56,477 nt of DNA, filler included, from Nitrospirota bacterium (GCA_016180645.1; 2 parts of 2 records of this genome joined end to end with filler, not necessarily neighbours in it), one strand, 5' to 3'; positions 35,467 to 45,255 are shown, counted from the whole stretch's first letter. Program-made: numbers and translations. The notes: generated by a model from the sequence alone, not told the origin.

Positions 35467-37184
35467 CGTCCCGCCTCCACAATCGTAAATTGGACGCGGC
35501 GGTTGACCATCCGGCCCTCCACCGTCGAGTTGTCGGAGATCGGCGCGGTGTCGCCGTAGCCCTTGGCTTCCAGCCGGGAGGCATCGATTCCTTTTTCCAC
35601 CAGGTACTTCGCCACGGCCTCTGCCCGGGCCTGGGAGACACGGAGGTTGGTGGCGGGATTGCCCAAACTGTCCGTGTGCCCCTCCACCTTCACCCTGATC
35701 TCCGGATGCTGCCGGAGCGCGCCGGCCACCGCGTCCAGAACCGGGAAGGACTCAGGCAGAATCTCCATCTGGCCGGTTGTGAACCCGATTGTTTCGGAGA
35801 TGACAATTTTCTCCTTGGTGACCTCGACCGCCGGCGGCTCGACGGTCGGCAGAGAAGACTGGATTCCCGCCTCCGCGGGAATGACGGAGGGTGGGGCGGG
35901 CGCAGGAGCCACAATCGCGGGCGTGGGGGCCACGACCGTGGGCGCGGCTTCACGCAGCACCTCGGCCGGAAACCCGAGGAACGAAATTCCGATCAGGATT
36001 CTCCAAGCCGGCACGACTTCATCCTCACCCGGAAAATCCCCGGAGAGGACGCCCAGGTCCGCAGCCACCTCGCCCAGGACCCGGCGCGTCACCTGCGCCC
36101 TCACACCGGGTGTCAGCCAGATGGGGTTGCCGCCGAAACCGATATCGACGATCCGGCCTCTGCTGTCCAGCGCCCGGCCGTCTTCATCGTAGTACATGAA
36201 CCCTTCGAGGAAAGCCGTCAGTCTGCGACCCAAGTCCGATTCCACGGCGGCTCCGAGGAGGAAACTGTCCTCCGTGAGAACCCCGCGCGAGAGACGGGTG
36301 GACCGCGACGGCGCCGGATCGTTCGCGGCCACGTCGAAGACTTCGATCGTGTTGTCCAGCCGGTAGCCTGCGTTGAAATGGAGACGGAATCGGTCGAACG
36401 AAAGGGAGTTGAGAACCATCAGGTCGGGACTGAACGTGGCTGGGTCAACGAATCCGGTGCCCTCCGGCGCCAGGGCGCGGGCGCGGAAGGCGGCGGAGGC
36501 GGTCCAACGGTCTCCCTCACGCAGCGCAATCTTCGCGCCCAGCGAGAAATCGCCCAGGGACTCGTTCGTCAAATCTTGTGCCCGTCGATTGGGGTGTTCG
36601 ATGCGCGTGGTGTCACGCCTCGCCTCCCAGCCCACGGCCCATTCCGTGCGATTGAGGAGTCTGGCGTAGGCCGCCGAGAAACCGGGAACGGCCGGGCTCA
36701 GCGTGAGGGAATAACCGCCCTCGATGAGCCGGTGGTTTTCGTAGTCGCCCACGAATGCGTCCTGCTGAAAGAATCCGAAGTGGAACTTGTGGACCGCGAT
36801 GCCGGCGGGTGTGGTGCGGGCGTCGAGTGCGCGGACAAAGCCGCCTTGACCGCTGGGAGTTGTCCCCTCCGCTGCGCTTCGGGGATGACGATATGAAACG
36901 CCATCGGGTCTCGGCGTCGTCCCGTAGTCAAGCCCCCACGCGGGGGTGGCTCCGTGGAGGGCAAGTGCGAAAAGAAGAACCAAGGGGAGGGAGTTCTCCC
37001 GACGCAAGCGATCAACCTGAGAAACGCCCCGACCCCCTGCGAGGATACGGGGGAGCGAAGGGGCCGGGGCATATAGACTTGGAGGCCCGACTTGATGGAG
37101 TGCAAACCTTATGGAGACCGGGCGAGTCTTTTTTTCTCGCACTCTACGGGGCCCGGCTGAAGCGAGGGATCCCCGTGACTCCAT
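35463..37184 (-). CDS. OmpA-family outer-membrane protein (N-terminal beta-barrel + OmpA peptidoglycan-binding domain)
   Basis: 'VEGHTDSLG...NLRVSQARAEAV..YL...G', 'NRRVQF'. The true start is probably later (e.g. TTG at 37007, giving the signal peptide MRRENSLPLVLLFALAL). Confidence 0.88.
   Translation of the reverse strand: MESRGSLASAGPRRVREKKTRPVSIRFALHQVGPPSLYAPAPSLPRILAGGRGVSQVDRLRRENSLPLVLLFALALHGATPAWGLDYGTTPRPDGVSYRHPRSAAEGTTPSGQGGFVRALDARTTPAGIAVHKFHFGFFQQDAFVGDYENHRLIEGGYSLTLSPAVPGFSAAYARLLNRTEWAVGWEARRDTTRIEHPNRRAQDLTNESLGDFSLGAKIALREGDRWTASAAFRARALAPEGTGFVDPATFSPDLMVLNSLSFDRFRLHFNAGYRLDNTIEVFDVAANDPAPSRSTRLSRGVLTEDSFLLGAAVESDLGRRLTAFLEGFMYYDEDGRALDSRGRIVDIGFGGNPIWLTPGVRAQVTRRVLGEVAADLGVLSGDFPGEDEVVPAWRILIGISFLGFPAEVLREAAPTVVAPTPAIVAPAPAPPSVIPAEAGIQSSLPTVEPPAVEVTKEKIVISETIGFTTGQMEILPESFPVLDAVAGALRQHPEIRVKVEGHTDSLGNPATNLRVSQARAEAVAKYLVEKGIDASRLEAKGYGDTAPISDNSTVEGRMVNRRVQFTIVEAGR
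35859..35885. repeat. In-frame ATTCCC-N8-GGGAAT palindrome (dRS3/RPE-like) in the ompA linker
   Basis: CTGGATTCCCGCCTCCGCGGGAATGAC, translated VIPAEAGIQ. Confidence 0.8.
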
Positions 37185-37373
37185 GTTGTCGTGGGGAGCA
37201 GCATAACGAAGGCCGGCCGTTTGCCAATAGTCGAAACTGTGAGCGGGATGTAGCGGTTTGTACTACAGGGCGGACTAGACGCTGTTTGAAAACCTATCTC
37301 TGCGGTAGCCGCAGGCCATGGTCCATGCCGCGCCATCCTGGGCGCGGCGACATATCATGGCCCCGTACCCTCC

Positions 37374-37428
37374 GTGGCACGGGGCTTCAGCCTGCGTCCG
37401 AAGACGCACCCGTGAAGGGTGCGCCTAC
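37374..37428. repeat. Intergenic REP doublet
   Basis: ...CCTGCGTCCGAAGACGCACCC-gtgaa-GGGTGCGCCTAC. Same family as 31742-31797. Confidence 0.8.
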
Positions 37429-37470
37429 CAGGAGATCCCTTCCGGCAACGATGGCGTTTCCAAGCATAGG

Positions 37471-38124
37471 CTATTCCACCAGCTTGTGGTCGAGGGCGTA
37501 GCGGATCAGTTGGGCATTGTTCTCCAGGTTCATTTTCTCCAGGATCCGCGCGCGAAGGGTACTGATGGTGTTTACGCTCAGGGAGAGTTCCCCGGCGATC
37601 TGCGAGACGGTTTTCCCGGAGGCGATCATTTTGAGGACCTCAAACTCCCGGTTGGAGAGCCGTTCGTGGGGCGCCTTCGGCCCTCCGGACTCTATTTCCA
37701 TTGCCAGTCGTTCGGCCACGGATGGCCGGATGTATTTTCCCCCGTCCGCCACTTTCCGAATCGCCTCGATGAGTTCATCGAAGGGCGCTTCCTTGGTCAA
37801 GTATCCCGCCGCGCCGTCGCGGATGGCCCGCACGGCATACTCTTCCTCCGGGTGGACGCTGAAGATGAGGACGGCCAATTTCGGGTGGGCCCTCCTGACG
37901 CTTTTCAAGACCTCCAGCCCGCCGGGGCCCGGCATGGAAAGATCCAAGACCACCACGTCGCAAGGCGTGCGGCCAAGGACGGCGAGCAGTTCATCGCCGC
38001 CGGCCGTCTCGGCCGCCAGGCGTATCCCCGGTGTTTCCTCGAGCAGTTCCTTGAGGCCGCGACGCACAACGGCATGGTCATCCGCAATCAAGACGCGGAT
38101 TTCCCGAGGGGAAGTGAAATTCAC
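37471..38124 (-). CDS. NarL/UvrY-family response regulator (REC + LuxR HTH)
   Basis: 'VLIADDHAVVRRGL', 'LDLSMPG', 'LSNREFEVL..IASGK'. GTGA overlap with the kinase stop. Confidence 0.93.
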   Translation of the reverse strand: MNFTSPREIRVLIADDHAVVRRGLKELLEETPGIRLAAETAGGDELLAVLGRTPCDVVVLDLSMPGPGGLEVLKSVRRAHPKLAVLIFSVHPEEEYAVRAIRDGAAGYLTKEAPFDELIEAIRKVADGGKYIRPSVAERLAMEIESGGPKAPHERLSNREFEVLKMIASGKTVSQIAGELSLSVNTISTLRARILEKMNLENNAQLIRYALDHKLVE

Positions 38125-40049
38125 GAGTTTTGGAGTGGGACTCTCACCCAAACCCGGGTCCCATGGCCGGGCTTTCCCTCCACTTCGCATTCACCACCCA
38201 GCGCCACGGCTCGTTCCCGCATTCCCAGGATGCCGAGGGAAGTGGACCCCGAACGGCCGGACTCCTTGAACCCCTGTCCGTTGTCGACGATTTCCAGTGT
38301 AAGCCGGCGGTTCGTCGCATCGAGTCGGATGTCCACGGCCGTCGCGCCGGAGTGCCGGATCACGTTCGTCAACGCTTCCTGGGTGATCCTGAAAATGGCG
38401 GTGGACGTATGCGAATCGAGGGGAAGATCTTCGATTGGTGTCCGGAGGTTGCACTGAACGCCTGTCCGCTCCTGGAAGTCGCGGACATACCACTCCAGCG
38501 TGGCGATCAGACCGAGGTCGTCGAGCGTTCTGGGCCTGAGTTGGGTGGAAATCCTGCGGCCGGCGCGGATGAGATCCTGCACCACCGCCGTCATCCCCTT
38601 CACCTTCTTCTGCTGGGGCGCTTCACCCTGGGCGAGGTGTCGCTCCAGCCAGGACAGATCCAAGTTCAGAGCCGTCAGTCCCTGGCCAAGCTCATCGTGC
38701 AACTCCAGGGCCAGCTTCCGGTTCTGTTCTTCATGAGCCTCCATCACGCGGGCGGAAAGCGACTGGATGGTCGCGCGGGCCGTTCTGAATCGGGCCACCA
38801 TCGTGTACATGATGCAGATCATCATGACCGCCACACCGAAATCGGTCGGGTAGGCCGGCACCCTCGAGAGGATGGAGGAGTAGCCGAAGGCGCCCCACCA
38901 CTCGATTCCGATGGCGGTGAAGAGCACCGCCAGACCGGTCAGCACCGCCCACGCGCCGGCGTAGCGGAGAAAAATGCCTCTGACGCTCGCCGCCAGGGAG
39001 ACCACCGCGGCCAGCAAGTACAAGGGCAGCGAGAGCATCAGAATCTCCCCGGAGTACCGGTCAAGGCGAAACCATGCGACAAGGGACAGGAGCACACAAC
39101 CTCCGGCGGTGATGCGAGCCATCGTTTTCAGGGGCGCTTGGAATACGCGGACCGCCAAGATCCCACCCGCGCCCACCGTGAGGAACCACAGGATGAACAC
39201 GAGCTTCTGAATTCCGTGCGTTTTCAAGCCCGCGTCGTATGCAAGCTGGCTGTCCATCGCAAACGCCCCGCCATAGGCGAGCAACAGGATCGCGCAATAG
39301 AGATAGTCCAGGTGCTGGGGGTTCCTTGATTGAAGGAGTGAAATCAGCAGGAGGAGGAGCACCGTCAAGGTCAGGAAGACGCCCTCGAATTGTTTCCGGG
39401 CGCTCTCGCGCTCCGCCTTGACCAGCCGGAGCGACCTGAAGTCCCCCACGCCGATGTCCGAGTCCAACAGGCCGCCCGAGCCGTAAACGTTCATGACTCT
39501 GACCGCCAGGATGTTTGGCCGGTCAGAATAGAGAAGCTCGCGAGGCAAGGGGTAGACCCTCTCGGTCCAAGATGCCTGAACGAATCCTTGTCCCAGTTCC
39601 CCTTCGCCCCCGATCTTGACGCCATTCAAGAAGACCTCGTCGCTTTGGCCCACCCTTCCAAGATACACGGCGGGATCGACGCCAGGAAGAATGGGGTCGG
39701 AGTCGAATCGCAGCCGGTACCACCCGATGCGCTCGCCTCGCAACGGGATGGCGAGGGAGGGCCAACCCGCTGCCGCATCCCGCTCCGCCCACTCGGAATC
39801 ATTGTACGAGGGCGAAGACCAAGCGGGGTCGTCGCCGCTCCTGAACTTGGGGAGGCCGTCAAAAGGTTTGAGGGCGGCTCGGAGATCCCATGCCGCTTCA
39901 CTTCGCCGTCCCGGTGCCGGCCTCCATGCCGTTCCGATCACCGTCCCCGGAGGGGGTTGGAGCTTGGCGGAGAGGGCGGCGTCCACGTGGGCGGTGTGCG
40001 ACGGCCCCATGGTGAGGACCAGGAATGACAGCGCGCCGGTCAGCGCCAC
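38121..40049 (-). CDS. Membrane sensor histidine kinase (HisKA_3/UhpB-type) with an N-terminal jelly-roll sugar-binding-like domain and ~7 TM helices
   Basis: 'ELHDELGQ.LT', 'FRITQEALTNV.RH', 'DNGQGF', 'GILGMRER'. Extracytoplasmic 'GWYR..F', 'DEVFLNG.KIG', 'N.LAVRV'. Confidence 0.9.
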   Translation of the reverse strand: MALTGALSFLVLTMGPSHTAHVDAALSAKLQPPPGTVIGTAWRPAPGRRSEAAWDLRAALKPFDGLPKFRSGDDPAWSSPSYNDSEWAERDAAAGWPSLAIPLRGERIGWYRLRFDSDPILPGVDPAVYLGRVGQSDEVFLNGVKIGGEGELGQGFVQASWTERVYPLPRELLYSDRPNILAVRVMNVYGSGGLLDSDIGVGDFRSLRLVKAERESARKQFEGVFLTLTVLLLLLISLLQSRNPQHLDYLYCAILLLAYGGAFAMDSQLAYDAGLKTHGIQKLVFILWFLTVGAGGILAVRVFQAPLKTMARITAGGCVLLSLVAWFRLDRYSGEILMLSLPLYLLAAVVSLAASVRGIFLRYAGAWAVLTGLAVLFTAIGIEWWGAFGYSSILSRVPAYPTDFGVAVMMICIMYTMVARFRTARATIQSLSARVMEAHEEQNRKLALELHDELGQGLTALNLDLSWLERHLAQGEAPQQKKVKGMTAVVQDLIRAGRRISTQLRPRTLDDLGLIATLEWYVRDFQERTGVQCNLRTPIEDLPLDSHTSTAIFRITQEALTNVIRHSGATAVDIRLDATNRRLTLEIVDNGQGFKESGRSGSTSLGILGMRERAVALGGECEVEGKPGHGTRVWVRVPLQNS

Positions 40050-40825
40050 CGGTCGGATCTCGTCACAAATCGGGGGCGGGTTGTGGCGTTGGCAGGGGAT
40101 TGTTCGGGCGGCGAAGCCATCGACGCAGCGGCGTGGAGGATGAGCACCATCTCGCCGCGAATTTCATCGGGTTGCAGGCCGGCCTGAATCTCGGCCGGCG
40201 TACCCTCGTAGAGCGACTCATGAATTTTGGTCATCTCGCGCGCGAGGACCACGTGGAGGCGGGGCGCTTCGGCCACGAGGGCCCGCAATGTCTTGGCGAT
40301 TCGATGAGGGGCTTCAAAGAAAACGTACGTCCCTCCGCGTGTGTTCAGGTGGTCGAGAATTCTCCTGCGGTCGACCCGCTTCCGAGGGAAGAACCCAAGG
40401 AACGTTGCAGGCGGAACGGGTAGACCCGCGATGGAGAGCGCGGCCGTGATGGCTGAAGGGCCGGGGATGGGGTGGACGGCATGCCCGGCGTCGCGAACGG
40501 CTCGAACGAGCGCCGCTCCCGGATCGGATAGGGCAGGGGTGCCGGCATCCGTCACGAGGGCGAGCTTTCGTCCGGCATCGAGCCAGTCCAGAACTTCATC
40601 GATCCGTGCGGCCTCATTGTGCGCGTGGAGGCTGACCATCGGTTTTCGGATGCCGTGGCGGTCGAGAAGAATCCGAGTCACACGCGTGTCTTCGGCCAGG
40701 ATCATGTCGGATTCGTTCAAAATCCGGATGGCGCGCAGAGTAATGTCCTCCAGGTTTCCGATCGGAGTTCCGACCACGTAGAGCGCGCCCGGCCCCGGCG
40801 ATCTTGCTTCATTTGCTTGACGCAT
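40040..40825 (-). CDS. rsmI: 16S rRNA (cytidine1402-2'-O)-methyltransferase
   Basis: 'LYVVGTPIGNLEDITLRA', 'AEDTR', 'DAGTP.LSDPG', 'REMTKIHE'. Confidence 0.95.
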   Translation of the reverse strand: MRQANEARSPGPGALYVVGTPIGNLEDITLRAIRILNESDMILAEDTRVTRILLDRHGIRKPMVSLHAHNEAARIDEVLDWLDAGRKLALVTDAGTPALSDPGAALVRAVRDAGHAVHPIPGPSAITAALSIAGLPVPPATFLGFFPRKRVDRRRILDHLNTRGGTYVFFEAPHRIAKTLRALVAEAPRLHVVLAREMTKIHESLYEGTPAEIQAGLQPDEIRGEMVLILHAAASMASPPEQSPANATTRPRFVTRSDRWR

Positions 40826-40898
40826 CGTGTTAGTATTATATGCTGCTGGATCAAGCGATGCACTGGAAGGCCGCTACAACACCAAGGATGGGTGTGGG

Positions 40899-42593
40899 AT
40901 GGATCTCAACCAACTCCTGACCCTCCACCGGACGTACAAGAGTCTTGGACGTCTCCGCCAGATCGTGGCGGTCCTCTCCCGACACGGGTTGAGCCAGTTC
41001 TTTCAAACCAGTCCACTCGCGAAATTCATCCCCCTTCGGCGTCGGTTTCTCCGCGCCCTGTCCTCCGAGGATGAAGCCGTTCCTCTTCCGCGGAGAATCC
41101 GGCAGGCGATGGAGGAGTTGGGACCGACCTTCGTCAAGCTCGGGCAGATGCTCAGCATGCGGCCGGACCTCGTGCCGCCGGGGTTCGTGGAGGAGTTCCA
41201 GCGTCTTCAGGACGCCGTGAATCCGCTTCCGTACGACCAATTGAAGCCGGTTTTCCTGGCGGAATTGGGAAAGGATGCGAAAGAAGTTTTCGCGACTTTC
41301 ACGGAGAAGCCGATCGCCTCCGCCAGCATCGCCCAGGTTCACGACGCGGTCCTCCCCTCGGGTGAGAGGGTGGTGGTCAAACTGCAGCGGCCGGACATCG
41401 AGAAAACGATCGAACTGGATTTGGAAATCCTGGCGCTCCTCGCCGATCTCCTCATGAAGTATTTCCCCGCGCTGGAGGTGTTGAATCCCGCCGGCGTGGT
41501 GGAGGAGTTCAGCCGGGCCATGCGCCGTGAACTGGATTTCCGCCTGGAAGCGAACAACATGGATACCATCCGGGCGAACTTTACCGGAATGCCGATGGTG
41601 CGTATCCCCAAACTGGTCCGCGAGTTGAGCGGGAGGCGGGTGATCGTCATGGAGAGGATCGACGGCGTGAAGGTGACGGACCTCGAAACGCTGCGCCAGT
41701 GGGGCCTGGATCCGGTGGCTTTGGCGGGGCTGGGGGCGGACATTGTGATCAAGCAGGTTTTGAAGGACGGCGTTTTTCATGGCGACCTCCATGCAGGGAA
41801 CATCCTGGTGACGCGGCAGGGTGAGGTGGCTCTGCTGGATTTCGGCGTGTTGGGGCGGATGGACAAGAAGCTGACCCGCGGGATCGCGATGATTTTCGTC
41901 GGCCTTATGGAACAGGAGTTCGGCGTGATTGCGGAAGAAATTCTCGATCTCTGCCAGCCGCGGGACTACACGGACATCGCGCAATTCGAACGAGACATCC
42001 GGAACACGGTATTGCCGCACATGGGACTCAGCCTCTCGCAGCTTAACGTGGGCATTGTTCTTCTTGAGGTGTTTGGGCTGGCGTTCAAGTACCGGATTCG
42101 CGTGCCGCAGGATCTGTTTCTGCTCGCGCGTTCGCTCGTGACCATCGAGGGGATCGGCCGGGCGCTCGACCCGAAGTTCGACGTCCTGGAGGTGGGATCG
42201 AAGTACACCAAGGACCTCGTCCAACAGCAATTGGACCCGGAGATGCTGCGCAAAGAAGCGTTGGTGCTGGGCCGCACGTATCTCAAGATGGCCGGCCAGT
42301 TCCCGTACCAATTTCGCGCGTTCGCGAACCGGGCGTTGACGGACGGCATCCGCGTGGACGTGTCGGATCGGGACCGCGATTGGATCCTGAAACGGCAGGA
42401 GCGCGCGGCGCATGGCTTGGGCCTTGGGATCGTGATCGCGGCCCTCTTGGGATCGAGCACGGTCCTTTACGTGATGGATAGCAGCCTGAGGGTAGGTCCG
42501 ATACCGGTCCTCCCAGCGCTCGGCGCGGCGGCGGCGGCCTTCTTGGGCCTTTTCTTCATTGCGGGTATGCTTCCGCGGGGTCGTCACCGATAG
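40899..42593 (+). CDS. ubiB: AarF/ABC1/UbiB-family kinase
   Basis: 'ELGPTFVKLGQ.LS.RPDL', 'ASASIAQVH', 'FHGDLHAGN', 'LDFG', C-terminal TM helices. Confidence 0.9.
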   Translation: MDLNQLLTLHRTYKSLGRLRQIVAVLSRHGLSQFFQTSPLAKFIPLRRRFLRALSSEDEAVPLPRRIRQAMEELGPTFVKLGQMLSMRPDLVPPGFVEEFQRLQDAVNPLPYDQLKPVFLAELGKDAKEVFATFTEKPIASASIAQVHDAVLPSGERVVVKLQRPDIEKTIELDLEILALLADLLMKYFPALEVLNPAGVVEEFSRAMRRELDFRLEANNMDTIRANFTGMPMVRIPKLVRELSGRRVIVMERIDGVKVTDLETLRQWGLDPVALAGLGADIVIKQVLKDGVFHGDLHAGNILVTRQGEVALLDFGVLGRMDKKLTRGIAMIFVGLMEQEFGVIAEEILDLCQPRDYTDIAQFERDIRNTVLPHMGLSLSQLNVGIVLLEVFGLAFKYRIRVPQDLFLLARSLVTIEGIGRALDPKFDVLEVGSKYTKDLVQQQLDPEMLRKEALVLGRTYLKMAGQFPYQFRAFANRALTDGIRVDVSDRDRDWILKRQERAAHGLGLGIVIAALLGSSTVLYVMDSSLRVGPIPVLPALGAAAAAFLGLFFIAGMLPRGRHR

Positions 42594-42606
42594 GGGGTCT
42601 GAAGCG

Positions 42607-44748
42607 ATGAAACTCCTTCTCCGGCATCATCTGGGCGTCCTGAGCCTGGGCGGCGCGGTCCTCTGGGCGCTCGGTTACTACGATGCGTCCAGCCGTCTCA
42701 CCTACCCCACGTTGTTCTACTTGGTGCTGATTTCCGTTCTGTCGTTCTACCAGCTCTTTGGCTACCTCAAAGATCGGCATCCAAGTTGGGCCGGGCAGAT
42801 CGACCAGGCGGCCGGCCTCGGGATCAGCATGCGTGTCATGATCCAGGCGCTCGGAGGCTTCGAAAGCCCGTTCTATCCGGTTCTCTATCTGGCGATGGCG
42901 TTCGGATCGGCGGTCTTCAGCGTCCCCGTCGTGTTGGGCCTGGCGGGGTTTGTCGTCGGCATGGAGCATGTGCACGATTGGGCGGCGGGAACATGGTCTG
43001 CGCACTACCCGGGGGAAGTGGTGCGTCAGCTCATGACCGTGGCGTTCGCCTTCCTGCCGGGATTCTTCCTTCACCAGGAGAGGAAAGGGCGCCAAGCCTC
43101 GCAGATCCGCCTCCGCGCATTCGAGAAGGAGGCGCAATTCTTCGATTTCCTGAGGTTCACGGAACCCGGAAACGGCCGCCACGCCTTGGAAAAGATCTCG
43201 AAAAGCAGCCGCGAGCGGGATCTGGTGGCGATTTTGAGTGACGGCGATCGCCCGCTGGAGGAACTGACGAACTACCTTTTCGAGAAGCTCAAGCCGAACA
43301 CGGCGGCGGTGTTCATGGTGGACAATACGCGGGAGTCCGTGTGGCTCCGGAAATGGAAATCCGCGGGCAACCATCTCGACATCTGCCATCCGATCCCTTT
43401 GCGGGACAGCATTTTCGCCTGGCCGTACAACCAGAAGAAGAACCTGTACATCCCCGATGTAAAATCGCCGGACGTGCTCCAGTACTACACCGAGCCGCCG
43501 CCCGTGCGATCGTTGCTGTGTTCACCGGTCACGGTGGATGAGGAAGTGGCGGGATTCATCGTGCTGGATTCGCTGGAAGGGGACGCCTTCGAGAGCCAGC
43601 AGGATGCGCTCATGGGACTCAGCCGGGCGTATGCCGCGCACGCGGTGAGAACGCTCAAATCGATGCAGTACATTCATCAGGAGGGAATCGTTTTCTCGAC
43701 CTTCAACCAGGCGTCGCAACGGATCAGCTCGAGCCTCAACCCGCGTGAGATCGCCAAGGCGGTGGGCGAGGTGGTCAAGGGCGTTCTGGAGTGCGACGTG
43801 GTCGCCCTGGCGATCTACGAGACGGTTCCGGAGCGCATCGCGATCTATCATCCCATCGGGCTGAAACTCATTCAGGGCCGCTCCCGTGGCCACGCGCAGG
43901 AAGAGGGAGAGCCGATCGTCATCCGCCCAGGAGAAGGGATCATCGGGTGGACGATCGATCATAAGGAGCCGTTCCCAAAATTTACCGTGGACGACCGAAT
44001 GGCGCTCCTTGGGGATGAGGTTCGGCTGGAGGAGATCCGATCCTTCACGTGCCTTCCCCTCAATCTCAAGGAGCAATGTCACGGGGCACTGCTGGTCGGC
44101 TCGTACGAAAAGAACTACCTCGATGCGCGCGACCTGCACATCCTGCGCAATATTGTTTCTCAGACGGCGCTCGCCGTGGCGCACTCGAAGTCCTACCGGG
44201 AAAAGGAAATGCAATCGCTCACGGACGGTCTGACGACGCTGTACAACCGGCGCTACTTCTTGGAGGCCCTGGAGCGTGAAATCGACCGCGTGGAGCGATT
44301 CCCAGAGGAGTTCACGGTCCTCCTCATGGATCTGGACCACTTCAAGAGAGTGAACGACACGTTCGGCCACGCGGCCGGGGATCTGGTGCTCAAGAAAGTG
44401 GCGCGGCAGCTCAAGAGTTCCACACGCCGAATCGATACCATCGCCCGTTACGGCGGTGAGGAGTTCGGGGCGATCCTCGTGAACACCGTCGAGAAGGAGG
44501 GAGCCCGGTTTGCGGACCGAATTCGCCGGGAGGTATCGCAGCTTTCGTTCCCGGTGGCGGAACTCGGCGTGGCGGGGAAGGGAGTCGTGCAACTCAGCGC
44601 AAGCATCGGCGTGTCGGCCTTTCCGCACGACGCCCGGAGCTCGAAGGAGTTGGTCGACCGGGCGGACAAGGCTTTGTACTACGCGAAGAACACCGGACGC
44701 GACCGCGTCTCCACGTATTCGCGCATCAAGAACCTGCTGCCGAGCTGA
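42607..44748 (+). CDS. Membrane-anchored GAF-GAF-GGDEF diguanylate cyclase
   Basis: N-terminal TM helices, two GAF-like domains, 'DLDHFKRVND.FGH..GD', intact I-site (RxxD) and GGEEF. Confidence 0.92.
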   Translation: MKLLLRHHLGVLSLGGAVLWALGYYDASSRLTYPTLFYLVLISVLSFYQLFGYLKDRHPSWAGQIDQAAGLGISMRVMIQALGGFESPFYPVLYLAMAFGSAVFSVPVVLGLAGFVVGMEHVHDWAAGTWSAHYPGEVVRQLMTVAFAFLPGFFLHQERKGRQASQIRLRAFEKEAQFFDFLRFTEPGNGRHALEKISKSSRERDLVAILSDGDRPLEELTNYLFEKLKPNTAAVFMVDNTRESVWLRKWKSAGNHLDICHPIPLRDSIFAWPYNQKKNLYIPDVKSPDVLQYYTEPPPVRSLLCSPVTVDEEVAGFIVLDSLEGDAFESQQDALMGLSRAYAAHAVRTLKSMQYIHQEGIVFSTFNQASQRISSSLNPREIAKAVGEVVKGVLECDVVALAIYETVPERIAIYHPIGLKLIQGRSRGHAQEEGEPIVIRPGEGIIGWTIDHKEPFPKFTVDDRMALLGDEVRLEEIRSFTCLPLNLKEQCHGALLVGSYEKNYLDARDLHILRNIVSQTALAVAHSKSYREKEMQSLTDGLTTLYNRRYFLEALEREIDRVERFPEEFTVLLMDLDHFKRVNDTFGHAAGDLVLKKVARQLKSSTRRIDTIARYGGEEFGAILVNTVEKEGARFADRIRREVSQLSFPVAELGVAGKGVVQLSASIGVSAFPHDARSSKELVDRADKALYYAKNTGRDRVSTYSRIKNLLPS

Positions 44749-44829
44749 GCGGTCAAGCAAAAGTGCGCTTGGAGTTTGGTGAATTCTCCGTGTCGGATCC
44801 CTGACAAACCCGCTCAGGTCCCGAGGCTA

Positions 44830-44892
44830 AACCTCGATCGGACGCTGGCGAAGGCCGCCCGTGCAATGGGCTTCGAGGTCGTCGAGCCGTAG
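44830..44892 (+). pseudogene. Possible remnant of a PIN/VapC toxin C-terminus
   Basis: Reads NLDRTLAKAARAMGFEVVEP*, resembling the PIN C-terminal 'T.D..L..AA...G..V'. The upstream frame is unrelated. Confidence 0.35.
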
Positions 44893-45006
44893 TTCGACGG
44901 GAAGCTGCCCGCGCTCAGGTTGCCCACACTAGTCCAGGATGGTAGTCTTGCCCCCCACGTATCACGAGTAACGTGCGACGTGTAACGCGCCCCCCTCGGG
45001 GGCGGG

Positions 45007-45027
45007 GAGGCTGTAGCTCAGTCGGTA
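45007..45027 (+). repeat. 21-bp duplicate of the tRNA-Lys 5' end (to the D-loop)
   Basis: GAGGCTGTAGCTCAGTCGGTA, identical to 45115-45135. Confidence 0.92.
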
Positions 45028-45114
45028 CCAGCCATGGATGGTGCGGCACCGACGTGGCGCGGCAGGACGCCGCCCATCGCGGGTAGACTTGCAGCGGCCA
45101 AGTAGAGAAGTGTT

Positions 45115-45187
45115 GAGGCTGTAGCTCAGTCGGTAGAGCATCTGCCTTTTAAGCAGGGGGTCGCGAGTTCGATTCTCGCCAGCCTCA
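45115..45187 (+). tRNA. tRNA-Lys (TTT), CCA not encoded
   Basis: Acceptor stem GAGGCTG/CAGCCTC, anticodon loop CTTTTAA, T-loop TTCGATT. Confidence 0.95.
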
Positions 45188-45211
45188 TCAGCACCGTCCC
45201 CGGCAGGCTCG

Positions 45212-45240
45212 TTGACTTTTCCAGGAGGGGAGTCTACTTT
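45212..45240 (+). promoter_or_regulatory. sigma70 promoter for tRNA-Glu
   Basis: TTGACT-N17-TACTTT, 15 nt upstream of the tRNA. Confidence 0.55.
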
Positions 45241-45255
45241 CTCGTCTTCCGTTCG

